NCBI GenBank assembly: GCA_031426695.1
Contig: JASJPM010000007.1
Location: forward strand, 383,115 to 447,114
Source: Caulobacter sp.
GTDB taxonomy: Bacteria; Pseudomonadota; Alphaproteobacteria; Caulobacterales; Caulobacteraceae
DNA: 64,000 nt
Direction of reading: 5' to 3'
The notes beneath the pieces were generated by a model. The model was not told the DNA's origin. It saw only the letters and a program-made list of their open reading frames with translations, and searched no databases. Of this stretch, positions 1-10,229 are shown one piece after another (position 1 is the stretch's first letter; each line of letters begins with the position of its first letter). Both the position numbers and the translations under genes were made by a program.

Positions 1-16
1 CTGTCCCCTACCCTTG

Positions 17-412
17 CTACCCATCCCAGGGGCCGGGCCCAATGTCATCGCGCATCGCCCGGCCCTTCTTCGTCTTCGGCTTGCGGGCCCGCCAGGCGGC
101 CTCGAGCCCCAGCCGGGCCCAGCGCACGGCTTCATCGGGATCATCCAGCGCCCGCTCCGGCAGCGACCAGTAGTGCAGGATGCCCGTGCGACCATCCTTC
201 ATGGCGTAGGTGAAGGGCGCGCTGCCCTCGGCGTCAAAGGCGGCGCGGTTGTCGTCATCGACCTTCAGATACAGCGTCTCGCCGAACACCAGGGCGAAGG
301 CGGCGTCGTCGACCGACAGGCTGGCCCCGCCGAACATCTTCTTGACCCGCAGGCGGCCGAGGCCGGCCAGCAGCTCCTCCAGATGCGCCAGAAACTCCGG
401 GCTGACCGCCAT
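17..412 (-). CDS. TfoX/Sxy N-terminal domain family protein
   Basis: ORF 17..439, with start reassigned to ATG 412 (MAVSPEFLAHLEELL). Motifs KKMFGG, FALVFGETLYLKVD and YWSLPE are typical of TfoX_N. Confidence 0.8.
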   Translation of the reverse strand: MAVSPEFLAHLEELLAGLGRLRVKKMFGGASLSVDDAAFALVFGETLYLKVDDDNRAAFDAEGSAPFTYAMKDGRTGILHYWSLPERALDDPDEAVRWARLGLEAAWRARKPKTKKGRAMRDDIGPGPWDG

Positions 413-422
413 CACCGCTCCA

Positions 423-474
423 TGTGAGCATTTGCTCATTGCGCGTCGCGACCGAATGTGAGCAAATGCTCACA
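423..474. promoter_or_regulatory. Two quasi-palindromic operator boxes, probably bound by the adjacent TetR
   Basis: TGTGAGCATTTGCTCA (423-438) and TGAGCAAATGCTCACA (459-474) are exact reverse complements. Each is itself a TGAGCA-NN-TGCTCA palindrome, and they lie between divergent genes. Confidence 0.7.
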
Positions 475-490
475 CAAGGAGTCGCCCCGC

Positions 491-1051
491 ATGTCCGCCA
501 AGCCTCGCATCGAGCGCGCCGCACTGGAAGTCTTCGTCCGCGACGGCGTCGACGGCGCCACCACCCGCGCCATCGCCACGCAGGCCGGGGTGTCCGAGGG
601 CGCCCTCTACCGCCACTACCGGTCCAAGGACGAGCTGGCGATCACGCTGTTCATGACCGTCCATCGCCGCCTCTCCGGCCTGATCGAGGAGAGCGCGGCG
701 AGCGCGACGGGCATCAAGGCCAAGGCCGCCGCCATCGTGGCCGCCTACTGCCAGGTGGCCGACGAGGACTGGCTGACCTTCAGCTTCCACCTGACCCAGA
801 TTCACCGCTTCATCCCCTACTACCAGGAGGACGGCCGCGACCCGGTGTCGGTGGTCGAGGCGGTGATCAAGCAGGCGATGATCAGCGCCGAGCTGCCGCC
901 GGCCGATCCGCGCGTGCTGGCCGCCATGGCCATCGGGGTGATCACCCAGACCGCCCAGAACAAGGCCTACGGCCGGATCGGCGACGATCCGCTGTCGGCC
1001 CACGCCCTGCTCATGACCGCGGCCGTCCAGGCCGTCCTCTTCGCCCGCTAG
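491..1051 (+). CDS. TetR/AcrR family transcriptional regulator
   Basis: HTH motif GVDGATTRAIATQAGVSEGALYRHY. ATG 491 is preceded by AAGGAG. Confidence 0.9.
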   Translation: MSAKPRIERAALEVFVRDGVDGATTRAIATQAGVSEGALYRHYRSKDELAITLFMTVHRRLSGLIEESAASATGIKAKAAAIVAAYCQVADEDWLTFSFHLTQIHRFIPYYQEDGRDPVSVVEAVIKQAMISAELPPADPRVLAAMAIGVITQTAQNKAYGRIGDDPLSAHALLMTAAVQAVLFAR

Positions 1052-1062
1052 GACCGCAAGCG

Positions 1063-1857
1063 ATGACCCTGCGCAACCGTCTCTTCAACGGCTACTACTG
1101 GCTGCTGTCGATCGTCTACGGCCTCAGCGCCGCCCTCCTGGCGCTGGCGCCGGGCCGGGCGCCGATGACCGGCGCGATCAAGCTCTATACCCGCCGCATG
1201 CTGTGGGCGATGGACGCCCTGGCCGGCATCAAGGTCGACCTGCGCGGGCAGGAGAAGCTGCCGCAGGGCGCCTTCATCATCGCCGCCAAGCACCACAGCT
1301 GGGGCGACGGCTTCGTGATGTTCGCCAATGTGCCGAACCTCAGCTTCGTCACCGGCGACCACATGGAGCGCTTCCCGCTGGTCGGGGCCATCCTGCGCAA
1401 GTTCGGGGCGATCATCGTCGACAACTGCGGCGGACCCGAAGCCCGCAAGGCGCTGTCGGAAAGCGCCGCCCAGGTCGCGAAGGAGGGCCGTCGCATCCTG
1501 ATCTATCCGGAAGGCAACCTGGCCAAGCCCGGCGAGCGGTTCCGCTACCGCACCGGCGTCTACTACATGAGCCGCGACTTCGACCTGCCGGTGGTGCCGG
1601 TGGCGACCAACCTGGGGCTGTTCTGGGAGCAGCAGTCGGCGGTGAAGACGCCCGGGAGGGCGACCATCGAGTTCCTCGACCCGATCCCCACGGGCCTGGA
1701 GCGCGGCGAGTTCCTCAGCCGGCTGGAAGCGGTCGTCGAAGGCCGCACCCAGGAACTGATCGCCATGGCCACCGGCGAGCCGGTGCGGGAGTCGGTGCTG
1801 GTCCCGGCGCCGGACGAGGTTCGGAAGGCGCAGGCGGCGGCGAAGGAAGCGGCGTGA
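1063..1857 (+). CDS. Lysophospholipid (1-acyl-sn-glycerol-3-phosphate) acyltransferase, PlsC family
   Basis: C-terminal part of ORF 424..1857, start ATG 1063. HX4D motif (KHHSWGD), IYPEG, VVPVA and an N-terminal hydrophobic segment. Confidence 0.85.
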   Translation: MTLRNRLFNGYYWLLSIVYGLSAALLALAPGRAPMTGAIKLYTRRMLWAMDALAGIKVDLRGQEKLPQGAFIIAAKHHSWGDGFVMFANVPNLSFVTGDHMERFPLVGAILRKFGAIIVDNCGGPEARKALSESAAQVAKEGRRILIYPEGNLAKPGERFRYRTGVYYMSRDFDLPVVPVATNLGLFWEQQSAVKTPGRATIEFLDPIPTGLERGEFLSRLEAVVEGRTQELIAMATGEPVRESVLVPAPDEVRKAQAAAKEAA

Positions 1858-2186
1858 TGATCCGGGCGACGAGCGATGGCTTCATCCGTCGGCTCGTCCC
1901 TACCTACGTGATTGCCAGCTTGGGTATGATCGGCGCTCTCGAAACACTCGGAATCTCAATGCCGGCAGTGAGCGAAGCGCGCGATGCTTCACCGGAGTGG
2001 CTCTATACGGTGATCGGCGTCGGCGTCCTCGTCTCGCCAGTCCTGTGGCTCCTCGCGGTCGGACTGCTGTTCCAGCGCTTCGGCTGGCGAGCAGCTTGGG
2101 CTGTGCCCGGTGGCGTCGGGCTAGCCGCTCCAGTCCTTTTGCTGGTGCTGGGCCTCGCGTGTGGCCTGCGGGGGGCCTGCCTCTAG
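1857..2186 (+). CDS. Hypothetical small membrane protein (about 109 aa)
   Basis: ATG overlaps the plsC stop (TGATG). Three hydrophobic stretches; codon usage is less GC3-biased than the neighbours. Confidence 0.55.
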   Translation: MIRATSDGFIRRLVPTYVIASLGMIGALETLGISMPAVSEARDASPEWLYTVIGVGVLVSPVLWLLAVGLLFQRFGWRAAWAVPGGVGLAAPVLLLVLGLACGLRGACL

Positions 2187-2584
2187 CCCTTGGCCGCCAC
2201 GATCGTCACGCTCTCGCCGCAGCCGCACGCATCCGTCTCGTTGGGATTGCGGAACACGAACTTCGAGCTCAGCCGGCTGACCTCGTAGTCGATCTCGGCG
2301 CCGATCAGGAACAGCACCGCCTTGGGATCGATCAGGATGGTGACGCCGTGATCCTCGATCACCTCGTCCAGCGGATCGGCGGCTTCAGCGTATTCGAGGA
2401 TGTACTCGGACCCGGCGCAGCCGCCGTTCTTCACCCCCACGCGCAGGCCGGCGTAGGGCTTCTCGGGCTCCTCAAGCGCCTTTCGGGCCATGATCTCCTT
2501 CACGCGCTCGGCGGCGGCGTCGCTGAGGGTGACGACCTTGGGACGCGGGCGGCGGGTGCGCGGGGCTGTGACTTGCGGTTCCAT
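2183..2584 (-). CDS. HesB/IscA family A-type Fe-S carrier (SufA/IscA)
   Basis: KNGGCAG and DACGCGES motifs; last gene of the suf operon. Confidence 0.92.
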   Translation of the reverse strand: MEPQVTAPRTRRPRPKVVTLSDAAAERVKEIMARKALEEPEKPYAGLRVGVKNGGCAGSEYILEYAEAADPLDEVIEDHGVTILIDPKAVLFLIGAEIDYEVSRLSSKFVFRNPNETDACGCGESVTIVAAKG

Positions 2585-2586
2585 GA

Positions 2587-2946
2587 TCAGAACATGTTCA
2601 GTTGCAGCTTGGCCTCGTCGCTCATGCGCGAGGGGTCCCAGGGCGGGTCGAAGACCAGGTCGACGGTGCAGGACTTCAGGCCCGGGATCTCCATGACCGC
2701 GTCCTCGACCCAGCCCGGCATCTCGCCGGCCACCGGGCAGCCCGGCGCGGTCAGGGTCATGTCGATCTTGACCTCGCGGTCGTCGGAGACGTCGACCTTG
2801 TAGATCAGGCCCAGCTCGTAGATGTCGACCGGGATCTCCGGGTCGAACACGGTCTTCAGCTGCTCGACCAGCCGGTCGGTCAGCGCGTCCAGTTCCGCCT
2901 GGGGAATGGCGGACGGCGCCTGGGTCTCTGGTGCGGTCTCGGTCAT
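2587..2946 (-). CDS. sufT: SUF system Fe-S assembly protein SufT (DUF59)
   Basis: DPEIPVDIYELGLIY, MTLTAPGCPVAG and FDPPWDPSRMSDEAKLQL. Start is 2946 or 2961. Confidence 0.85.
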   Translation of the reverse strand: MTETAPETQAPSAIPQAELDALTDRLVEQLKTVFDPEIPVDIYELGLIYKVDVSDDREVKIDMTLTAPGCPVAGEMPGWVEDAVMEIPGLKSCTVDLVFDPPWDPSRMSDEAKLQLNMF

Positions 2947-2953
2947 GAAGGTC

Positions 2954-4171
2954 TCAGGCAAAGAAGCTGCGGGCCTTGACCAGCGCGTCCACGAACGCGT
3001 CGGCCTCGGCCTCTGTATTATATAGGGCGAAGGAGGCCCGGGCGCTCGACGTGACGCCGAACCGGGTCATCAGGGGCTCGGCGCAGTGGGTCCCGGCGCG
3101 AACCGCCACCCCCTGCTTGTCGAGGATCTGGGCGATGTCGTGGGCATGGGCGCCCTCGACGGTGAAGCTGAGGATGGCGCCCTTGCCCGGGGCCGTTCCC
3201 AGGATGCGCAGCCAGTTGGCGCCGTCGAGCCGTTCGACGGCGCGATCGTAGAGGCGGCGCTCGTGGGCGGCGATCGCCTCGCGGTCCAGGCCCGTCAGCC
3301 ACTCCAGCGCCGCGCCGAGCGCGATGGCCTCGAGGATCGGCGGGGTGCCGGCCTCGAACCGCATCGGCGGCTCGGCGTAGGTGATGCGGTCCTCGGAGAC
3401 CGTGCCGATCATCTCGCCGCCACCCTGGTAGGGCGGCAGGTCGGCGAGGACTTCGGCCTTGCCGTACAGCACGCCGATGCCGGTCGGGCCGTAGAGCTTG
3501 TGGCCGGTGGCGACGTAGAAGTCGACGTCCAGCGCCTTGACGTCCACGGCCATGTGGACCGCGCCCTGGCAGCCGTCGACCAGCACCAGCGCCCCGGCGG
3601 CATGGGCCGCGTCGGTCAGCTCGCGCACCGGATTGATCGTGCCCAGCACGTTGGACATGTGGGTGAAGGCGACCAGCCGGGTCTTCTCGTTGATCATCGC
3701 CTTGGCGGCGTCGAGGTCGAGCGAGCCGTCCTCGAGCACCGGCGCGAACCGCAGCACCACGCCCTTGCGCTCGCGCAGCAGGTGCCAGGGCACGATGTTG
3801 GAGTGGTGCTCCATCTGGGTGATCAGGATCTCGTCGCCAGCGACCAGCCGCTGGCCGAACGACGAGGCCACCAGGTTCATCGCCTCGGTGCCGCCCTTGG
3901 TGAAGATCACTTCGGTGGTGGCGCAGCCCAGGAAGCGCGCGACGGTTTCCCGCGCCTTTTCATAGGCATCCGTCGTTTCATTGGCGAGCGTATGCAGGCC
4001 GCGGTGGACGTTGGCGTAGCTGCCCTCCATCGCCCGCGTCATCGCCTCGATCACCGCCCGCGGCTTCTGGGCCGAGGCGGCGTTGTCCAGATAGACCAGC
4101 GGCTTGCCGTTCACCTGACGGGACAGGATCGGGAACTGGGCGCGGATGGCCTCGGGGTCAAACAGGGTCAT
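2954..4171 (-). CDS. sufS: Cysteine desulfurase SufS
   Basis: YLDNAASAQKP, ATGHKLYGPTG (PLP lysine) and RAGTHCA (class II catalytic Cys). Confidence 0.93.
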   Translation of the reverse strand: MTLFDPEAIRAQFPILSRQVNGKPLVYLDNAASAQKPRAVIEAMTRAMEGSYANVHRGLHTLANETTDAYEKARETVARFLGCATTEVIFTKGGTEAMNLVASSFGQRLVAGDEILITQMEHHSNIVPWHLLRERKGVVLRFAPVLEDGSLDLDAAKAMINEKTRLVAFTHMSNVLGTINPVRELTDAAHAAGALVLVDGCQGAVHMAVDVKALDVDFYVATGHKLYGPTGIGVLYGKAEVLADLPPYQGGGEMIGTVSEDRITYAEPPMRFEAGTPPILEAIALGAALEWLTGLDREAIAAHERRLYDRAVERLDGANWLRILGTAPGKGAILSFTVEGAHAHDIAQILDKQGVAVRAGTHCAEPLMTRFGVTSSARASFALYNTEAEADAFVDALVKARSFFA

Positions 4172-5202
4172 TCACCCCTCCCCAACTGCTCGGCCACCCA
4201 GGCCGCCGTGATCTCGCGCGCGCCCTCGTGCTCGATGCGGTCGACGACCTCGCCGACGAAGGCCTGGGTCAGCATGGCCCGGGCGACCTCGAACGGCATG
4301 CCGCGTTGCCGGGCGTAGAACAGCGCGTTCTCGTCCAGCGCCCCGACCGTGTTGCCGTGCGCGCACTGGACGTCGTCGGCGAAGATCAGCAGCTCGGGCT
4401 TGGCGTCGATCTCGGCCTTGTCGGAGAGGATCAGCGCGTGGTGGCCCATGCGGGCGTCGGTCTGGTCAGCGCCGCGCTCGACCACGATACGCCCCTGGAA
4501 CACGCCCCGCGCCTGGCCGTCGACGACGCCCTTGGTCAGCTGGCTGGTGACGCCGCCGAGGCCGCTGTGCGTTACGACGGAAGTTGTGTCCGCATGTCTT
4601 TGATCATGCAGCAGATAGGCGCCGTCGAGCCGCACGGTGACGCCCTGCCCCGGATGGCTGACCCGGGTCTCGATCCGCTGGCGGCGGGCCCCGGAGGTCA
4701 GGACGGTCTGGGCGTAGGACGCGCCGGGGGCGAGCTTCACAGTGGCGGTAGAGACCGTGACGCTGGTCGGGCCGTCGGCGGCCAGGACGATGCGTTCAAG
4801 CCGGCCGCCCTCGGCGACCTCGATGTCGAGCGCGATATCCGACACCGCGCCGTCGGCCAGCGCCTCATAGCTCTCCAGCAGGGTCAGGGTCTGGCCGGCG
4901 CGGACAGCCACCAGCACCGTCGTCGCGATCGAACCCGCCTCGGCGGCTACGAAACGCAGCTGGGCGACCGGGCTGTCGGGGCCACCCTCGATGTGCGTGA
5001 AGCCTTCGACGAAGCCGTTCGGCACAAGGAACAGGTCGCCGCCGAGCGCCGCGAACGGACCCTCCGTGGTCACGTCCACATGGTCCGGCGTCGGCGGCAG
5101 CGTCCGCAGCAGCCCGCGCAGGTCCGTCCAGCGCCAGTCCTCGTCGCGGCGCGACGGGAGCTGGGTGAGGTCGCCGGTGGCGATGGCGGCGGCGAGGCTC
5201 AC
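4168..5202 (-). CDS. sufD: Fe-S assembly protein SufD
   Basis: LPSRRDEDWRWTDL, GVFQGRIVV, DAKPELLIFADDVQCAHG; lies between sufC and sufS. Confidence 0.92.
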   Translation of the reverse strand: MSLAAAIATGDLTQLPSRRDEDWRWTDLRGLLRTLPPTPDHVDVTTEGPFAALGGDLFLVPNGFVEGFTHIEGGPDSPVAQLRFVAAEAGSIATTVLVAVRAGQTLTLLESYEALADGAVSDIALDIEVAEGGRLERIVLAADGPTSVTVSTATVKLAPGASYAQTVLTSGARRQRIETRVSHPGQGVTVRLDGAYLLHDQRHADTTSVVTHSGLGGVTSQLTKGVVDGQARGVFQGRIVVERGADQTDARMGHHALILSDKAEIDAKPELLIFADDVQCAHGNTVGALDENALFYARQRGMPFEVARAMLTQAFVGEVVDRIEHEGAREITAAWVAEQLGRGE

Positions 5203-5215
5203 CTGGTCACCGCCT

Positions 5216-5323
5216 TGCGTGCTTCGACACGCGCCCTGCGGGCGCTGCTCAGCATGACGTGATGGGTTGGCCTTCCAGATACGTCATCCTGAGCAGCCGC
5301 GAAGCGGCGTGTCGAAGGACGCA
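5216..5323. repeat. Family A palindromic repeat, inverted pair (arms 5216-5259 and 5282-5323)
   Basis: Arm consensus TGCGT-SS-TTCG...CTCA-SS-ATGACG, also found at 18094, 29619-29736 and 53217-53340. Confidence 0.85.
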
Positions 5324-5341
5324 ATGAGGTTGCAACGAACA

Positions 5342-6091
5342 TTACGCCGCCACCTGCGCGTACTTGTCGTAGCCTTCGCGCTCCAGCTCCAGCGCCAGCT
5401 CCGGTCCACCGCTCGCCACGATCCGCCCGGCGCTCAGCACATGGACGCGGTCGGGTTTGATGTAGTCGAGCAGGCGCTGGTAGTGGGTGATGACCAGCAT
5501 GGCGCGGTCGGGGCTGCGCATGGCGTTGACGCCCTCGGACACGATGCGCAGGGCGTCGATGTCCAGGCCGCTGTCGGTCTCGTCGAGGATGAGGAAGCGC
5601 GGCGACAGCATCGCCATCTGGAAGATCTCCATCCGCTTCTTCTCGCCGCCCGAGAAGCCGACGTTCAGCGCCCGCTTGAGCATATCGAAGTCGATCTTCA
5701 GCGCCGCGGCTTTTTCGCGGGCCAGCTTGAGGAATTGCGGGGCGCTGATCTCGTCCTCGCCGCGCGCCTTGCGCTGGGCGTTGAGCGCCGTGCGGATGAA
5801 GGTCAGGGCCGGAACCCCCGGAATTTCCAGCGGATACTGGAACGACAGGAACATCCCCTTGGCCGCCCGCTCGTTGGGCTCCAGCGCGAAGATGTCCTCG
5901 CCGTCCAGCGTCGCCGTCCCGCCGGTGACCTCATAGCCCTGCCGGCCGGTCAGCACGTAGCTGAGCGTCGACTTGCCGGCCCCGTTCGGCCCCATGATGG
6001 CGTGCACCTCGCCGGCCGGAACGTCGAGCGTCAGCCCGTTGAGGATCGGCTTGTCGGCGACCGTGGCGTGGAGGTTGGTGATGCTAAGCAT
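5342..6091 (-). CDS. sufC: Fe-S assembly ATPase SufC
   Basis: Walker A GPNGAGKST, NVGFSGGEKKR, ILDETDSGLDID. Start ATG 6091 (MLSITNLHA). Confidence 0.95.
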   Translation of the reverse strand: MLSITNLHATVADKPILNGLTLDVPAGEVHAIMGPNGAGKSTLSYVLTGRQGYEVTGGTATLDGEDIFALEPNERAAKGMFLSFQYPLEIPGVPALTFIRTALNAQRKARGEDEISAPQFLKLAREKAAALKIDFDMLKRALNVGFSGGEKKRMEIFQMAMLSPRFLILDETDSGLDIDALRIVSEGVNAMRSPDRAMLVITHYQRLLDYIKPDRVHVLSAGRIVASGGPELALELEREGYDKYAQVAA

Positions 6092-6725
6092 TGAATTGCG
6101 TGATCTTTTCGTAGGTCGCAACCGCAAAATCGGTCGAATATCCGGTGAGCGTAGGGGCTTCCCACGAATGGTCAGCGCTATAGGCGGCTAGATAGAGCAG
6201 GTCGGTCAGCAGCGTCCGCTCATCAGCGTCGCTCTCGATTTGCCCGCTGAGAAGCAGGGCGCTTCGATGCGGCAAGTCGCTGGCAACCGGATTGACCCAC
6301 GCGCCCCATCCGGCATGCACCGCGAGGTCCTGTGCATAGCGGTACTGCTCAGACGTCAAACCGAACTTCGGAAGCGGAGCGAGGAATTCGAGCCGATTGC
6401 CGAACGGGTCGAAGATGAAGATGCGCTCGACATCGGCGATCTCGTCGTTGGCCTTGGTCTCGTAACCGGCCGTCGCGGCGCGCTCCGCGAGACCCGCGAC
6501 GTCATCCACCACAAACGCCACATGCGCCTTCACATTGGCGCGGAAGTCCTGCTCGACGCCGAGGTGGACCTTCACGGCGCCCTCGAACCAGCAGCCACCC
6601 CGGCCGGCCAGTTCCACCGGCTTCGGCACCTCGGTCAGGCCCAGCAGCGCGCCGTAGAACGGGCGCGCCTGGTCCTCGCCCCCGACGGGGATGGCGATCT
6701 GCACATGATCGATGGCGCGGAGCAT
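6084..6725 (-). CDS. VOC/glyoxalase family protein with an unexplained C-terminal extension of about 95 aa
   Basis: IDHVQIA...HLGV...HVAF...DPFGNRLEF in the first ~117 aa; the frame stays open to 213 aa. Confidence 0.75.
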   Translation of the reverse strand: MLRAIDHVQIAIPVGGEDQARPFYGALLGLTEVPKPVELAGRGGCWFEGAVKVHLGVEQDFRANVKAHVAFVVDDVAGLAERAATAGYETKANDEIADVERIFIFDPFGNRLEFLAPLPKFGLTSEQYRYAQDLAVHAGWGAWVNPVASDLPHRSALLLSGQIESDADERTLLTDLLYLAAYSADHSWEAPTLTGYSTDFAVATYEKITQFNA

Positions 6726-7041
6726 CAGGCGTAGTCCTCAGCGTCCGCCTGGTCCGCCAAGGCCTTCGCCTCGGCGTCGGACAGGCCAGCGGCCCGGGCC
6801 AGCGCCCTGTAGCGGCGCTCATGCAGAACGCCGCCGACGATTGCAGCGGGAAGCCCAATGGCAAGCGCCGCTACGCCAGCCGAAACGGGCAGATGAGGCT
6901 GCGTGGCGCCCAGCCAAGTATGAAGGAGGGTAGCGAGACCGCCGGCGATGGCCAGCATTCCGCCGCCGCTCAGCACTCCCGGCAGCCCGGACATGTCGAT
7001 TGCCGCGCGCTTGAGCCGGATGGTGGTCTCCTGGGAGAGCG

Positions 7042-7045
<4 letters not shown>
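6725..7045 (-). CDS. Hypothetical two-TM membrane protein (106 aa)
   Basis: GTG start overlaps the sufB stop, and its stop overlaps the next ATG. Two hydrophobic segments. Confidence 0.6.
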
Positions 7046-8510
<1,465 letters not shown>

Positions 8511-8511
<1 letters not shown>

Positions 8512-9632
8512 CAGGCCACTTCCTTCCTGCGCGAGATATGCCGCGCGTACAGTTCCAGCCAGGCGTCGCCGGCCGAGATCCAATCGTCTTCCGTGGTGTT
8601 CCAGCCCCCACTGATACGCACGGCGAAGGGCGCCAGATCGGCGCGGCCCATGGCGGCGACCACATCGCTGGGCTTCATCTTGCCCGAGGAGCAGGCCGGG
8701 CCGGCGCTGATCGCGACCCCGGACAGGTCCATGCCCATGACCTGCATCTGGGCGTCGAAGCCCTGGGCGGCGAATCCGAGCGTCTGGGGCAGGCGCGCGG
8801 CGGCCTTGCCGAGGATGACCGCGCCGGCGCCTTCGACCCGCGCCTGCAGGGCGTCGCGCCAGGGCGCCTGGGCGGCGATGGCGGGCAGGTCGCGGACGGC
8901 GGCGTCGGCGGCCGCGCCGAAGCCTGCGATGCCGCTGAGGTTTTCCGCCCCGGCGCGGCGGCCGCGCTCCTGCCCGCCGCCGTGCAGGCGTCGGACCAGT
9001 GTCGCCCGCGTGCCGGCCACCAGAGCGCCGGAGCCAAACGGCCCGCCGATCTTGTGCGCGGCCAGGGCCAGGGTGTCGGCCCCCAGGGCCGTGAAATCGA
9101 TGGCGATCTTGCCCGCCGCCTGCACCGCGTCGACGTGAAGCCAGCCGCCGGCCTCGCGGACCAGGGCCGAGGCTTCCGCGACAGGCTGGATGACGCCGGT
9201 CTCGTTGTTGGCCAGCATCAGGCAGACCAGCGGCTTGCCGCCCTTGCCCAGCTCAGCCTTCAGCCACTCCAGGTCGGCGACGCCGTTGGCGTCCACCGGC
9301 CAGACAGCGACCGGCACGCCGGCGGCGCGAACATTCTCGGCGACGGCGCCGTGCTCTGTCGCGCCGAGGATAATGCGGTCATGGTCGGCGGCCACGGCGC
9401 TCTCGATGGCCAGGGCGTTGGATTCGGTGCCGCCGCTGGTGAAGGTCACCGAGCCGGGAACCACGCCGACCAGCGCCGCCACCTGCCCGCGCGCCGTCTC
9501 GATCAGCGAACGGGCGGCGCGGCCGGCCGCGTGGACAGACGAGGGATTGCCGCAGACGTCCAGCGCGCGGAGAACCGCGGCCTTCGCCTCGGGGCGGACA
9601 GGGCTGGTGGCGTTGTGGTCCAGGTAGATCAC
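8511..9632 (-). CDS. Cysteine desulfurase, IscS/NifS-like class I
   Basis: GTG 9632 ([11 protein letters not shown]), [30 protein letters not shown]. Confidence 0.9.
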
Positions 9633-10078
9633 GCCGCCTCCGATACGCCGGGCCGCAGCTTGCCGGCCAGCACGTCGGCCAGCGAGACAGACGCCAGGTA
9701 GTTGTGCAGCTGGCGGCCCATCTCTTCCCACAGGTCGTGGGTCATGCAGCGCTCGCCGCCCATCATGCAGCCCTTGCCGCCGAGCTTGGCGCATCGGGTG
9801 GCGCGCAGCGGCTCGTCGACGGCCAGCACGATGTCGGCGATGCACGTCTCATGGGCCGTCAGCGCCAGGCGATAGCCGCCGCCCGGCCCACGCACGCTCT
9901 TGACCAGCCCGCGCCGGCGCAGGCGGGCGAACAGCTGCTCCAGGTAGGACAGCGAAATCTGCTGGCGGGCGGCGATATCGGCCAGCGACACGGCGCGCAC
10001 GGTCTCGTCCGCGTCCTGCCGTCCGGCGAGGTCGGTCATGGCCATCACGGCGTAGCGACCCTTGGTGGACAGGCGCAT
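9629..10078 (-). CDS. iscR: Rrf2 family Fe-S cluster regulator IscR
   Basis: MRLSTKGRYAVMAM, SVRGPGGGY, and three Cys plus His (CAKLGGKGC...CMTHDLW); heads the Fe-S operon. Confidence 0.88.
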   Translation of the reverse strand: MRLSTKGRYAVMAMTDLAGRQDADETVRAVSLADIAARQQISLSYLEQLFARLRRRGLVKSVRGPGGGYRLALTAHETCIADIVLAVDEPLRATRCAKLGGKGCMMGGERCMTHDLWEEMGRQLHNYLASVSLADVLAGKLRPGVSEAA

Positions 10079-10169
10079 GGCGAGATTCCTTGGCATCCGG
10101 CGGGCGGCCTGTGCTAAAGCCGCGCCTCGCGCGAGCCGGGGAAGCCCGACCGCACAAGGCGGATTTAGG

Positions 10170-10194
10170 AAAACCAAGCGGAATGGTCAAGTAT
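10170..10194 (-). promoter_or_regulatory. Candidate IscR type-1 site overlapping the -35 (TTGACC) of the iscR operon
   Basis: The minus strand reads ATACTTGACCATTCCGCTTGGTTTT, resembling the E. coli type-1 consensus ATASYYGACTRWWWYAGTCRRSTAT. The left half is near-perfect. Confidence 0.55.
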
Positions 10195-10229
10195 TCTGAC
10201 CCCGCTTTGGCCAAGAACAGGAGCCCGGG

